Positions 54,949-64,000 of a stretch of DNA of 64,000 nucleotides are shown piece after piece (the stretch's first letter is position 1; each line of letters begins with the position of its first letter). Source of the DNA: Sphingomonas sp. (GTDB lineage: Bacteria > Pseudomonadota > Alphaproteobacteria > Sphingomonadales > Sphingomonadaceae). The notes under the pieces are model-generated. The model ran no database searches, was not told the origin of the DNA, and saw only the letters and a program-made list of their open reading frames with translations. The position numbers were made by a program, and so were the translations under genes. The DNA lies in NCBI RefSeq assembly GCF_017304635.1, contig NZ_JAFKMA010000002.1, positions 327,244 to 391,243 of the forward strand. Reading direction: 5' to 3'.

Positions 54949-55547
54949 TGGTGGTGGTCAGTCGATTCCGCTGGTTCGGTTGGTTTGTGGTGTGCGTCGG
55001 GGTGATCCTCGGCTGTTACCTGATGTCGTCGCGCGTCGCTGCCGAGCGCAATCACCTGAAGGCGGTCGAGCGCGAGATCGCGCGGACGCAGCGCGACATC
55101 CGCGCGCTGGAGACCGAATTCGACACGCGCGCCAACCTCGCCCAGCTGCAACGCTGGAACGGCGAGACGCTGAAGCTGTCGGCGCCGACCGCGACGCAAT
55201 ATGCCCGCAACGACGCGCAACTCGCGATGCTGGTCGATGGCCCGGCCCCGGCGATGCCGCAGACCGGCGGCATGCAGACCGCCGCCGCGGTGATCCCCAG
55301 CGCGCCGACTCCGCCGGCGGTGATCGAGACGATCCCGGCCTCGGTCGGCCCGACCACGTTGCCGGTGAAGGCCACGCCGGCCAAGGCGATCGACAAGCCG
55401 GCGAAGCTGCAAACCGCGTCACTCAAGACCGCCGCGCCGAAGCCGTCCGCGAAGCCCCGGACCCAGGTGGCGTTGCTTGATCGCCGCGTCGGTGGCTCGT
55501 CGCTCGGCGACCTGATGCGCCGCGTCCGCGCCGACGAGACTCGCTGA
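54948..55547 (+). CDS. ftsL: FtsL-like cell division protein with low-complexity C-terminus
   Basis: Position between rsmH and ftsI; one TM followed by a coiled coil (IRALETEF). Confidence 0.7.
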   Translation: MVVVSRFRWFGWFVVCVGVILGCYLMSSRVAAERNHLKAVEREIARTQRDIRALETEFDTRANLAQLQRWNGETLKLSAPTATQYARNDAQLAMLVDGPAPAMPQTGGMQTAAAVIPSAPTPPAVIETIPASVGPTTLPVKATPAKAIDKPAKLQTASLKTAAPKPSAKPRTQVALLDRRVGGSSLGDLMRRVRADETR

Positions 55548-55548
55548 C

Positions 55549-57279
55549 ATGACCGCGATGCTCGCGCGGCCGCTGGCGCCGCGCCGCCTTGCCGATGATC
55601 GAGCCGCCGAGCGCGCCACCGCGCAACGGCGGCTGATGATTATGATGCTGCTGTATTGCGCGGCCGTCGTGCTGGTGATCGGCAAGCTGACCTTCTACGC
55701 GGTATTCGCCAATCCCGCGTCGGCGACGACGTTGCTGGCGAGGGGCGCGCGCGGCGATATCGTCGATCGCAACGGTGCGCCGCTCGCGCGGACCATCGAC
55801 GCCTGGGCGATCGGCGTGCATCCCGAGCAGATCCTGGGCGACAAGCGCGAGGTCGCGCAGCGGCTGGCGGGTATCCTGGGCGTCGACGAGGGCAAGATCT
55901 ACGGCCAGCTCACGGCCAAGAATTTCGCCTATCTCGAGCGTAACGCCTCGGCGACGCTGGTCACCGACGTCAACGCGATCGGCGAGCCCGGCATCGTGTT
56001 CGAGCGCGAGGCGCAACGGCTCTACCCGCAGGCGGAACTGGCGGCGCCGGTGCTCGGCTTCCTCGACATGGCGGGCCACGGCGCGAGCGGGATGGAGCGC
56101 GCGCGGGAGAAGCAGCTGACCAACCCGACCGCGACCGGCCGCCCGATCGCGCTGTCGGTCGACGTTCGCGTGCAGTCGGCACTGGAGAACGAGCTCGGCC
56201 AGGCCGTCACCGGCTTCAAGGCGAAGGGCGGGGCGGGTGTCGTGCTCGACGTGCGCACCGGCGAGATCATGGCGCTGGCGTCGTTCCCGACCTTCAACCC
56301 CAACAATCCGGGTGCCGCGCCCGCGCCGCAGCTCGATGCCAAGGGCAAGCAGCTGCCCGGGCCGTTCTACAACCGTGTGACGACCGCGGCCTACGAGCTC
56401 GGCTCGACGTTCAAGCCGATCACGATGGCCGCGGCGATCGACAGCGGCACCGTGACCTCGATGGCGCGCCGGTTCGATGCGACTCAGCCGCTCCAGATCG
56501 ACGGGTTCAAGATCCACGACCATGACGGCCAGAACCGCTGGCTCGACATTCCGGAGACGCTGATCCACTCGTCCAACATCGCGACCGCGCGGATCGCCGA
56601 CGAGATGGGCGGCGACAAGCTGGCGCGGATGTTCCGCCTGATGGGTTTCGACCAGCCGATGCCGTTCGAACTGCCCGCGCGCGGTCGCACGCTGTTTCCG
56701 CAGAAGTTCAGCCGCGTGACGACGATGACCAGCGCGTTCGGCCACGGCATCGCGGTGACGCCGCTGCACCTGGCGGCGGCCTATGCCGCGCTGGTCAATG
56801 GCGGCGTGTGGCATCCCGCCACGCTCATCAAGGTCGCCGATCCGACCGCGGTGCCCGGTCGCCGCGTCATCAGTCAGGCGACCAGCGATCGCATGCGCCA
56901 GTTGCTGCGGCTGGTGGTGACCGAGGGGACCGGTCGCGCGGTCGACGTTCCCGGCTACCGCGTCGGCGGCAAGACCGGCACTGCCGAAGTCGCGTCGGGC
57001 GGCGGCTATTCGAAGCATACCAACGTATCAACGTTCGCGGCGGCTTTCCCGATGGACGCACCGCGCTATGTGGTGATCGTGATGCTCGACTCGCCCGTCG
57101 CCGCGGTGACGACCGCCGCTTATACTTCCGCTCCGGTGGTCAGCCGGTTCATCACGCGTGCCGGCCCGCTGCTGGGCGTTATGCCCGACGCCAGCCGCGA
57201 CATCGACGTCAGCGAGCTGCTGCCGCTGATCTGGCATCGTCCCGGCGAGCAGACCCAGGCGAAGGTGGACCCCGAATGA
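55549..57279 (+). CDS. ftsI: Septal transpeptidase PBP3
   Basis: RGDIVDRNG; GSTFK (SxxK), SSN and GKTGT motifs. Confidence 0.95.
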   Translation: MTAMLARPLAPRRLADDRAAERATAQRRLMIMMLLYCAAVVLVIGKLTFYAVFANPASATTLLARGARGDIVDRNGAPLARTIDAWAIGVHPEQILGDKREVAQRLAGILGVDEGKIYGQLTAKNFAYLERNASATLVTDVNAIGEPGIVFEREAQRLYPQAELAAPVLGFLDMAGHGASGMERAREKQLTNPTATGRPIALSVDVRVQSALENELGQAVTGFKAKGGAGVVLDVRTGEIMALASFPTFNPNNPGAAPAPQLDAKGKQLPGPFYNRVTTAAYELGSTFKPITMAAAIDSGTVTSMARRFDATQPLQIDGFKIHDHDGQNRWLDIPETLIHSSNIATARIADEMGGDKLARMFRLMGFDQPMPFELPARGRTLFPQKFSRVTTMTSAFGHGIAVTPLHLAAAYAALVNGGVWHPATLIKVADPTAVPGRRVISQATSDRMRQLLRLVVTEGTGRAVDVPGYRVGGKTGTAEVASGGGYSKHTNVSTFAAAFPMDAPRYVVIVMLDSPVAAVTTAAYTSAPVVSRFITRAGPLLGVMPDASRDIDVSELLPLIWHRPGEQTQAKVDPE

Positions 57280-58691
57280 AGCTCGCGCAGCCTGTGACCG
57301 GCGGTGGCGACGCCAGCGTTACCGGCTTCGCGATCGATCATCGGAAAGTCGCGCCCGGCACGATCTTCGGCGCGTTCGAGGGCGTGCGGGTCAATGGCGA
57401 GGACTTCATTCCCGCCGCCGTCGCCGCCGGCGCTATCGCGGTGGTGGCGCGGCCCGGCGCGACGGTGGACGGAGCGCTGCACATCGCCGCCGCCAACCCG
57501 CGCGAGCGGTTCGCGCAACTCGCCGCGCAATTCTTCGCGCCGTTCCCGGCGACGGTGGTGGCGGTCACCGGCACCAACGGCAAGACCTCGACCGTCGAGA
57601 TGACGCGCCAGTTGTGGCGGATGGCGGGCTTCCACGCCGCGTCGATCGGCACGTTGGGCGTCACCACGTCGGACGACAGCGTCTCGACCGGGCTGACCAC
57701 GCCGGACGTCGTCACCTTCCTTTCGAACGTCGCGGGCCTCGCGCGCGAAGGCGTCAGCCATGTCGCGTTCGAAGCGTCAAGCCACGGTTTGTCCCAATAC
57801 CGCACCGAGGGGCTGAAGGTATCGGCCGCCGCCTTCACCAACCTCAGCCGCGACCATCTCGATTATCATGGCGACATGGCGAGCTACCTGACCGCCAAGC
57901 TGCGCCTGTTCTCCGAAGTGCTGGCCGATGACGGCACCGCCGTGGTGTGGGCCGACGATCCGCAGGCTGCGCGGGTGGTCGATCTGGCGCATGCCCGGCG
58001 GCAGCGGCTCATCACCGTCGGCGAGCGCGGCGGGGCGCTGAAGCTGGTTGGGCGCGACCCGACCTTGCTCGGGCAGGGGCTGACGATCGAGGCCGAGGGT
58101 CGCGAGCACACGGTCATGCTGCCGCTTATCGGCGCGTATCAGGCGGCCAACGCGCTGACGGCAGCGGGGCTGGTGATCGCGACGGGCGGCGACGTCGCGC
58201 AGACGATCCAGAATCTCGCGCGGTTGCAGCCGGTTCGCGGGCGGCTGGAACGCGCGGTCATCAATCGCGCGGGTGCGCCGGTCTATGTCGATTACGCGCA
58301 CACGCCCGACGCGCTGGAGGCGGCGATCGCGGCGTTGAAGCCCCATACGGCCGGGCGGCTGATCGTCGTGTTCGGCGCGGGCGGCGACCGCGACCACGGC
58401 AAGCGCGAGCTGATGGGCGAGATCGCGATCCGCCAGGCCGACATGGTGATCGTGACCGACGACAACCCCCGCAGCGAGGACCCCGCCGCGATCCGCGCCG
58501 CGGTGATGCGCGGCGCGCCCGGCGCAACTGAGATCGGCGACCGCCGCCGCGCGATCAGCGAGGCGGTCGCAATCGCCGGGCCGGAGGACATCGTGCTGGT
58601 GGCGGGCAAAGGGCACGAGCAGGGCCAGATCGTCGGCGACCTCGTGCTGCCGTTCGACGATGTCAGCGTCGCGCGCGAGGCTGCGGCGTGA
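57276..58691 (+). CDS. murE: UDP-MurNAc-dipeptide:diaminopimelate ligase
   Basis: VTGTNGKTS, LTTPD, EASSHG, VDYAHTPDA and DNPR. Confidence 0.96.
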   Translation: MKLAQPVTGGGDASVTGFAIDHRKVAPGTIFGAFEGVRVNGEDFIPAAVAAGAIAVVARPGATVDGALHIAAANPRERFAQLAAQFFAPFPATVVAVTGTNGKTSTVEMTRQLWRMAGFHAASIGTLGVTTSDDSVSTGLTTPDVVTFLSNVAGLAREGVSHVAFEASSHGLSQYRTEGLKVSAAAFTNLSRDHLDYHGDMASYLTAKLRLFSEVLADDGTAVVWADDPQAARVVDLAHARRQRLITVGERGGALKLVGRDPTLLGQGLTIEAEGREHTVMLPLIGAYQAANALTAAGLVIATGGDVAQTIQNLARLQPVRGRLERAVINRAGAPVYVDYAHTPDALEAAIAALKPHTAGRLIVVFGAGGDRDHGKRELMGEIAIRQADMVIVTDDNPRSEDPAAIRAAVMRGAPGATEIGDRRRAISEAVAIAGPEDIVLVAGKGHEQGQIVGDLVLPFDDVSVAREAAA

Positions 58692-58714
58692 GGGGGGCGA
58701 CATTCTCCTTCTTA

Positions 58715-58740
58715 AGCCCCTCCCCTTCAGGGGAGAGGCT
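58715..58740. repeat. Hairpin repeat fragment containing the murF RBS
   Basis: AGCCCCTCCCCTTCAGGGGAGAGGCT directly before ATG 58741. Confidence 0.6.
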
Positions 58741-60120
58741 ATGACCGCTCTCTGGACCTCCGCTGCCGTCGCCGAGGCGACCGGCGGCGCCGCTTCGGCG
58801 GCGTTCGATGTTTCGGGGGTCACGTTCGATTCGCGCGAGGTCGGGCCGGGTGACCTGTTCGTCGCGCTGACCGGTGAAAGCACCGACGGGCATCGCTTCC
58901 TCGACCAGGCGTTCGAACGCGGCGCGGCCGGGGCGCTGGTCAGTCAGCCGAGCACGCATCCGACTGTGAAGGTCGCCGACACCTTTGCCGGCCTGGAGGC
59001 GCTGGCGAAAGCGTCGCGCGCGCGGACCGAGGCGCGGCTCATCGGCGTCACTGGGTCGGCGGGGAAGACGGGCACGAAGGAAGCACTGTTCGCCGCGCTC
59101 GATCGCTCACCGTCGCGCCGCGCGCACCGCTCGGTCAAGAGCTACAACAACCACACCGGCGTGCCGCTCAGCCTCGCGCGGATGCCCGCCGACGTCGATT
59201 ACGGCGTGTTCGAGATGGGGATGAACCATCCCGGCGAACTCGCGCACCTGACGACGCTGGTCCGCCCGCACGTCGCGATCGTGACCAACGTCGCGTCGGT
59301 GCACCTCGAATTTTTTCGCGACGAATCCGCGATCGCCGACGCGAAGGCGGAAATCTTCCAGGGGCTCGAACCGGGGGGTACTGCAATCATCCCGTTCGAC
59401 AGCCCTCATCGAGACCGATTGGCCGCCGCCGCTCGACAATATGCCGATCATATCGTCACGTTCGGCAGCGGCGAGGGCGCCGACGTGCGCGTGCTCGAGG
59501 CGATGCGTGTGCAATCCGGCGGCACGTTCGTGACGGCCAAACTCATGACGCGAGAACTCAGTTTCACGGTGGGGTTACCCGGCGCGCATCACGTCGCCAA
59601 TTCGTTGGCTGTGCTCGCGGCTGTCGAGGCGGTCGGCGCAGATGTGGCGTTGGCAGGGTTGGCTCTGGCCGAGCTCGGCGGCCTGCCCGGGCGAGGTGCG
59701 CGGTTTGACGTCGAGTTGCCCGGCGGCGGCAAGGCGTTGATTCTGGATGAAAGCTATAACGCGAATCCTTCGTCGATGCGCGCAACGCTGGCGGTACTGG
59801 CGCAGGAACCCGCCGACCGTAAGGTCGCCGTGCTGGGTGCGATGGGCGAATTGGGCGAAGGAAGCGCCCGGTTTCACGCCGACCTCGCCGACCCGGTGAT
59901 AGCCGCGAACGTCGAAACGGTCATCCTTGTCGGCGAGTCGATGGCGCCGCTCGCCCGCGCGCTTGAGGGGCGGGTCGAAATCATGCATGTCGCCGACGCC
60001 GCCGCCGCGCGCGATCGCCTGACGGCGACGCTCCGCGCGGGCGATGCGGTCCTCATCAAAGGCTCGAACGGGGTCGGGTTGTCGGCGGTGGTCGCCGCGC
60101 TCGGAGGCGGGAAGACGTAA
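58741..60120 (+). CDS. murF: UDP-MurNAc-tripeptide:D-Ala-D-Ala ligase
   Basis: [34 protein letters not shown] and IKGSNG. Confidence 0.96.
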   Translation: MTALWTSAAVAEATGGAASAAFDVSGVTFDSREVGPGDLFVALTGESTDGHRFLDQAFERGAAGALVSQPSTHPTVKVADTFAGLEALAKASRARTEARLIGVTGSAGKTGTKEALFAALDRSPSRRAHRSVKSYNNHTGVPLSLARMPADVDYGVFEMGMNHPGELAHLTTLVRPHVAIVTNVASVHLEFFRDESAIADAKAEIFQGLEPGGTAIIPFDSPHRDRLAAAARQYADHIVTFGSGEGADVRVLEAMRVQSGGTFVTAKLMTRELSFTVGLPGAHHVANSLAVLAAVEAVGADVALAGLALAELGGLPGRGARFDVELPGGGKALILDESYNANPSSMRATLAVLAQEPADRKVAVLGAMGELGEGSARFHADLADPVIAANVETVILVGESMAPLARALEGRVEIMHVADAAAARDRLTATLRAGDAVLIKGSNGVGLSAVVAALGGGKT

Positions 60121-61199
60121 TGCTCTACTGGATCGCCGCGCAATTGGGGTTCGCCCATGGGCTCAACCTCATCCGCTACCAGACGTTCCGCACGGGCGCG
60201 GCGGTGGCGACGGCGCTGCTGATCGGGCTCATCATCGGGCCGAAGTTCATCGGCTGGCTGCGCGTGCGGCAGGGCAAGGGGCAGCCGATCCGTACCGACG
60301 GCCCGCAATCGCATCTGTCGAAACGCGGCACGCCGACGATGGGCGGGCTGATGATCCTGACCAGCCTGACGGCGTCGATCCTGCTGTGGATGGACCTGTC
60401 GAACCCTTATGTCTGGGCGTGCCTGTTCGTGACGCTGGGGTTCGGCACGATCGGGTTCCTCGACGATTACGACAAGGTGCGCAAAGCCAGCACGGCGGGC
60501 GTGTCCGGGCGCGTGCGGCTGCTCGGCGAGTTCGTCATCGCCGGGATCGCCAGCACGATCATCATCCACACCAATGCCAAGAACGGGACGCAGCTCTATT
60601 TGCCGTTCTACAACGGGCGCGTGATCGACCTCGGCTGGTGGTACGTCGCATTCGCGGCGTTCACGATCGTCGGGTTCGGCAATGCGGTGAACCTGACCGA
60701 CGGGCTCGACGGGCTCGCGTCGATGCCGGTCATCATCGCCAGCGTGACGCTGATGATTATCGTCTATCTGGCCGGCAACGTGAAGTTCGCCGATTATCTG
60801 GGCATCCCGCACATCCCGCGGGTCGGCGACCTCGCCATCTTCTGCGGCGCGATGATCGGGGCGGGCCTCGCGTTCTTGTGGTTCAACGCGCCGCCGGCGG
60901 CGGTGTTCATGGGCGATACCGGCAGTCTGGCGCTGGGCGGCGCGCTCGGCGCGATCGCGGTGACCGCGCATCACGAGATCGTGCTGGGGATCGTCGGAGG
61001 CCTGTTCGTGGTCGAGGCCTTGAGCGTCATCATCCAGGTGTTCTGGTACAAGCGGACCGGGCGGCGCGTGTTCAAGATGGCGCCGATCCATCATCATTTC
61101 GAACAGCTCGGCTGGGCGGAATCGACCGTCGTCGTTCGGTTCTGGATCGTCGCGCTGGTGCTGGCGCTGGCCGGCCTGTCGACGCTGAAGCTGCGTTGA
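60120..61199 (+). CDS. mraY: Phospho-MurNAc-pentapeptide transferase
   Basis: [32 protein letters not shown] and APIHHHFE. Confidence 0.98.
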   Translation: MLYWIAAQLGFAHGLNLIRYQTFRTGAAVATALLIGLIIGPKFIGWLRVRQGKGQPIRTDGPQSHLSKRGTPTMGGLMILTSLTASILLWMDLSNPYVWACLFVTLGFGTIGFLDDYDKVRKASTAGVSGRVRLLGEFVIAGIASTIIIHTNAKNGTQLYLPFYNGRVIDLGWWYVAFAAFTIVGFGNAVNLTDGLDGLASMPVIIASVTLMIIVYLAGNVKFADYLGIPHIPRVGDLAIFCGAMIGAGLAFLWFNAPPAAVFMGDTGSLALGGALGAIAVTAHHEIVLGIVGGLFVVEALSVIIQVFWYKRTGRRVFKMAPIHHHFEQLGWAESTVVVRFWIVALVLALAGLSTLKLR

Positions 61200-61224
61200 A
61201 AAAGATGCGAGCATCTTTTCCAAC

Positions 61225-61303
61225 GCATCCCCGCGAAAGCGGGGATCCAGAGCCACAGGCGATGGTCCTTGTAGCCCTGGACTCCCGCCCGTGTGGGAGC
61301 ACG
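61225..61303. repeat. REP-like element, copy 5 (right arm degenerate), inside the dcw operon
   Basis: GCATCCCCGCGAAAGCGGGGATCCAG ... CTGGACTCCCGCCCGTGTGGGAGC. Confidence 0.75.
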
Positions 61304-61308
61304 GCGAG

Positions 61309-62631
61309 GTGATTACGAACCCCGACTGGCGCGGCCAACGCTATGCCGTGCTCGGGCTGGCACGCTCGGGCGCAGCGACCGTGCGCGCGTTGCTGGCGAG
61401 CGGGGCGGAGGTCGTAGCGTGGGATTCGAAGACGCAAGCGCGCGAAGCGCTGGTCGACGAAGTCCAGACGCTGTCGCACACGCTCGACACCGTGATGTTG
61501 TCATTCGCCGACCCGCTCGAGATCGACCTCACCGGGTTCGCTGGCATCGTCGTTTCGCCCGGCGTGCCGCTCAACCGCCATCCGATCGCCGCGAAGGCGC
61601 AAGCGGCGGGCGTGCCGATCATCGGCGACATCGAACTGTTCGCGCAGGCGCGCGCGCACCTGCCGCCGCACCGCGTCGTCGGCGTCACCGGCACCAACGG
61701 CAAGTCGACCACCACCGCGCTGATCCACCATATCGTCGTGGCCGACGGCATCCCGGCGCGGCTGGGCGGCAATATCGGGTTACCAATCCTGGGCGAGGAG
61801 CCGCTCCCGGCGGGCGGTATCTATGTGCTCGAACTGTCGAGCTACCAGATCGACCTGACGCAGAGCCTCGATTGCGACGTCGCGGTGCTGCTCAACATCA
61901 CGCCCGACCATCTCGACCGCTACGACGGGTTCGCGGGCTATGCCGCGTCCAAGGCGCGGCTGTTCGCGATGCAATCGGCCGCCCATGACGCCGTGATCGG
62001 GATCGGCGATGCGGCGTCGGCGGCGATCGCGCGGAGCCTGTCGGCGCGGGGCGAGCATCTCCACAAGATCGCGCCGGGCGTGTGCATGGACCAGTCGCGC
62101 TGGCCGTCGTTGCAGGGGCCGCACAACGCGCAGAACGCGCTGGCCGCGATCGCCGCGTGCCACGCGCTCGACATTCGCGAAGTGGCGATCGACGACGGGC
62201 TGGAGACGTTCCGCGGCCTGCCGCACCGGATGGAGCGTGTCGGCACGGTCGACGGCGTCGCGTACGTGAACGACAGCAAGGCGACCAATCCGGATTCGAC
62301 CGCGCCCGCGCTCGCCGCGTTCGATCGCATCCACTGGATCCTGGGCGGCCAGGCCAAGACGCACGACCTCGATGCGTGCCGCCCGTCGTTCGGCCATGTC
62401 CGTGCGGCCTATACGATCGGCGAGGCCGGGCCGATGCTCCGCGACCTGCTGAGCGCGGAGATGCCCGTCGCTGATTGCGGGACGCTGGCGGAGGCCGTCC
62501 ACGCGGCGCGGGCGGCGGCGGTCGCGGGCGACACCGTGCTGCTGTCGCCGGCCTGCGCGTCGTTCGACCAGTTTCGCGATTACGAGGATCGCGGCGACAC
62601 GTTCCGCGGCCTGGTCGAGGCACTGGCATGA
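61309..62631 (+). CDS. murD: UDP-MurNAc-L-Ala:D-Glu ligase
   Basis: [38 protein letters not shown] and [15 protein letters not shown] start. Confidence 0.96.
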   Translation: MITNPDWRGQRYAVLGLARSGAATVRALLASGAEVVAWDSKTQAREALVDEVQTLSHTLDTVMLSFADPLEIDLTGFAGIVVSPGVPLNRHPIAAKAQAAGVPIIGDIELFAQARAHLPPHRVVGVTGTNGKSTTTALIHHIVVADGIPARLGGNIGLPILGEEPLPAGGIYVLELSSYQIDLTQSLDCDVAVLLNITPDHLDRYDGFAGYAASKARLFAMQSAAHDAVIGIGDAASAAIARSLSARGEHLHKIAPGVCMDQSRWPSLQGPHNAQNALAAIAACHALDIREVAIDDGLETFRGLPHRMERVGTVDGVAYVNDSKATNPDSTAPALAAFDRIHWILGGQAKTHDLDACRPSFGHVRAAYTIGEAGPMLRDLLSAEMPVADCGTLAEAVHAARAAAVAGDTVLLSPACASFDQFRDYEDRGDTFRGLVEALA

Positions 62632-63848
62632 ATGCGATGCCGCAGCGGGACGGGCTGCTGACGCGAGTCGCGCGGCGTGGAGGACGCGCCGATCGCTCGG
62701 CGCTGGGCGCGTGGTTCTGGGACATCGACTGGCTGTTGCTGATCCTGACCTTGTTCCTGATCGCGATCGGACTGGTCGCGGTGGCGGCGGCGTCCCCGGC
62801 GACGGCGCAGCGTTACTCGGACACGACGCACAAAATGGCGCCGCTCTATTATTTCTGGCGCCAACTGATGTGGGTCGGTGTGTCGCTGCCGGTGCTGTTC
62901 GTGGTGTCGATGCTGCCCGCCGATCGCGCGCGGCGGATGGCGCTGATCGGGTGTGCGGGATTCCTGGTGATGCTGGCGCTGGTCCCGGTCGCCGGCGTGA
63001 CCGTCAACGGCGCGCGGCGCTGGCTGGGGGTCGGTGTGGCGCAGTTCCAGCCGTCCGAGTTCCTGAAACCGTGCTTCATCGTCGCCGTCGCCTGGCTGTT
63101 GTCGCTAAAGAACAAGGAGGGGCTGTCGCCGGCGATCGTCGGCGCGTTGACCGGCGTGCTGACCGCGATCGTCGCGATGCTGCTGATGTTGCAGCCCGAT
63201 TTCGGGCAGACCGTGCTGTTCTGCACGGTGTGGTTCGCGTTACTGCTGATCTCCGGCGCGTCGGCACGGATGATCGGGTTGCTGATGGGCGCGGTGCCGG
63301 TCGGGCTGTTGTCGGCCTATATCTTCTATTCGACCGCACGGACGCGGATCGACGCGTTCCTGTTCCCGACCACGACCGACCCGGCCGAGCATTTCCAGGT
63401 CAACGCCGCGCGCGCGACGCTGACCGCGGGCGGCTGGCTCGGTACGGGGCCGGGCGGCGGCCAGATGAAGTTCCGCCTGCCGGAGGCGCATACCGACTAC
63501 ATCTTCTCGGTGATCGGCGAGGAGTTCGGGCTGATCGCGTGCGGCATCGTCGCGGTGATCTTCCTGGCGATCGTGGTGCGCGTGTTCGTGAAACTGCTCG
63601 ACGAGCAGGACGATTTCCGCCTGCTCGCCGCCGCCGGGCTCGCGATCCAGTTCGGGGTGCAGGCGCTGATCTCGATGGCGGTAAATACCGGGCTCGCCCC
63701 GTCCAAGGGCATGACGATGCCGTTCATCAGCTATGGCGGCTCGTCGATGATCGCGCTGTCGGCGGGCATGGGGTTGCTGCTTGCATTCACGCGCCGGAAC
63801 CCGTTTGTGCTCCGCTCACCCTATGTCGTGAAATGGAGCGGCGAATGA
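62628..63848 (+). CDS. ftsW: SEDS peptidoglycan polymerase
   Basis: [33 protein letters not shown] and PFISYGGSS. Confidence 0.96.
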   Translation: MNAMPQRDGLLTRVARRGGRADRSALGAWFWDIDWLLLILTLFLIAIGLVAVAAASPATAQRYSDTTHKMAPLYYFWRQLMWVGVSLPVLFVVSMLPADRARRMALIGCAGFLVMLALVPVAGVTVNGARRWLGVGVAQFQPSEFLKPCFIVAVAWLLSLKNKEGLSPAIVGALTGVLTAIVAMLLMLQPDFGQTVLFCTVWFALLLISGASARMIGLLMGAVPVGLLSAYIFYSTARTRIDAFLFPTTTDPAEHFQVNAARATLTAGGWLGTGPGGGQMKFRLPEAHTDYIFSVIGEEFGLIACGIVAVIFLAIVVRVFVKLLDEQDDFRLLAAAGLAIQFGVQALISMAVNTGLAPSKGMTMPFISYGGSSMIALSAGMGLLLAFTRRNPFVLRSPYVVKWSGE

Positions 63849-64000
63849 CGAGAGTGCGGCAGTTCGTGCTGGCCGCGGGCGGGACCGGCGGACACATGGT
63901 CCCCGCCGCTGCCCTGGCCGAGGAACTGAAGCGGCGCGGCCACCGCGTCGCGCTCATTAGCGACGAGCGCGGCGTGCGTTTCCCGGGCCTGTTCGACGGC
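63845..64000 (+). CDS. murG: Lipid II GlcNAc transferase, 5' end only (truncated by window)
   Basis: [11 protein letters not shown] motif after ftsW. Confidence 0.9.
   Translation, partial: MTRVRQFVLAAGGTGGHMVPAAALAEELKRRGHRVALISDERGVRFPGLFDG

Overview
GC-rich alphaproteobacterial chromosome, most consistent with Sphingomonas (inferred from gene style, PEPxxWA-CTERM proteins and repeat families). Core loci are lepA, modABC, rpoBC, rplJL, tRNA-Pro(CGG) and the start of the dcw cluster (mraZ to murG, cut by the window end). Accessory blocks include a glutarate/CoA module, a REC-GGDEF-EAL plus CHASE4 kinase pair, a polysaccharide/glycolipid cluster, two PEP-CTERM proteins and a LexA-boxed Y-family polymerase. 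The strongest oddities are: (1) a membrane-domain/SET-domain fusion next to the tRNA; (2) a CocE/NonD hydrolase whose only visible lesion is a TAG at the catalytic-serine codon; (3) two paralogous stalk-TM-cytoplasmic-domain proteins flanking that hydrolase; (4) a 269-bp nested-inverted-repeat element between pnuC and the NadR-like gene; (5) a low-GC micro-ORF between rpoB and rpoC; (6) a codon-usage mosaic inside murF. Several REP-like repeats and candidate CtrA, EcfG, LexA and MraZ sites are also visible. No CRISPR array, transposase, integrase or rRNA was seen. Start codons were refined by eye, and all family calls come from motif recognition rather than database searches.
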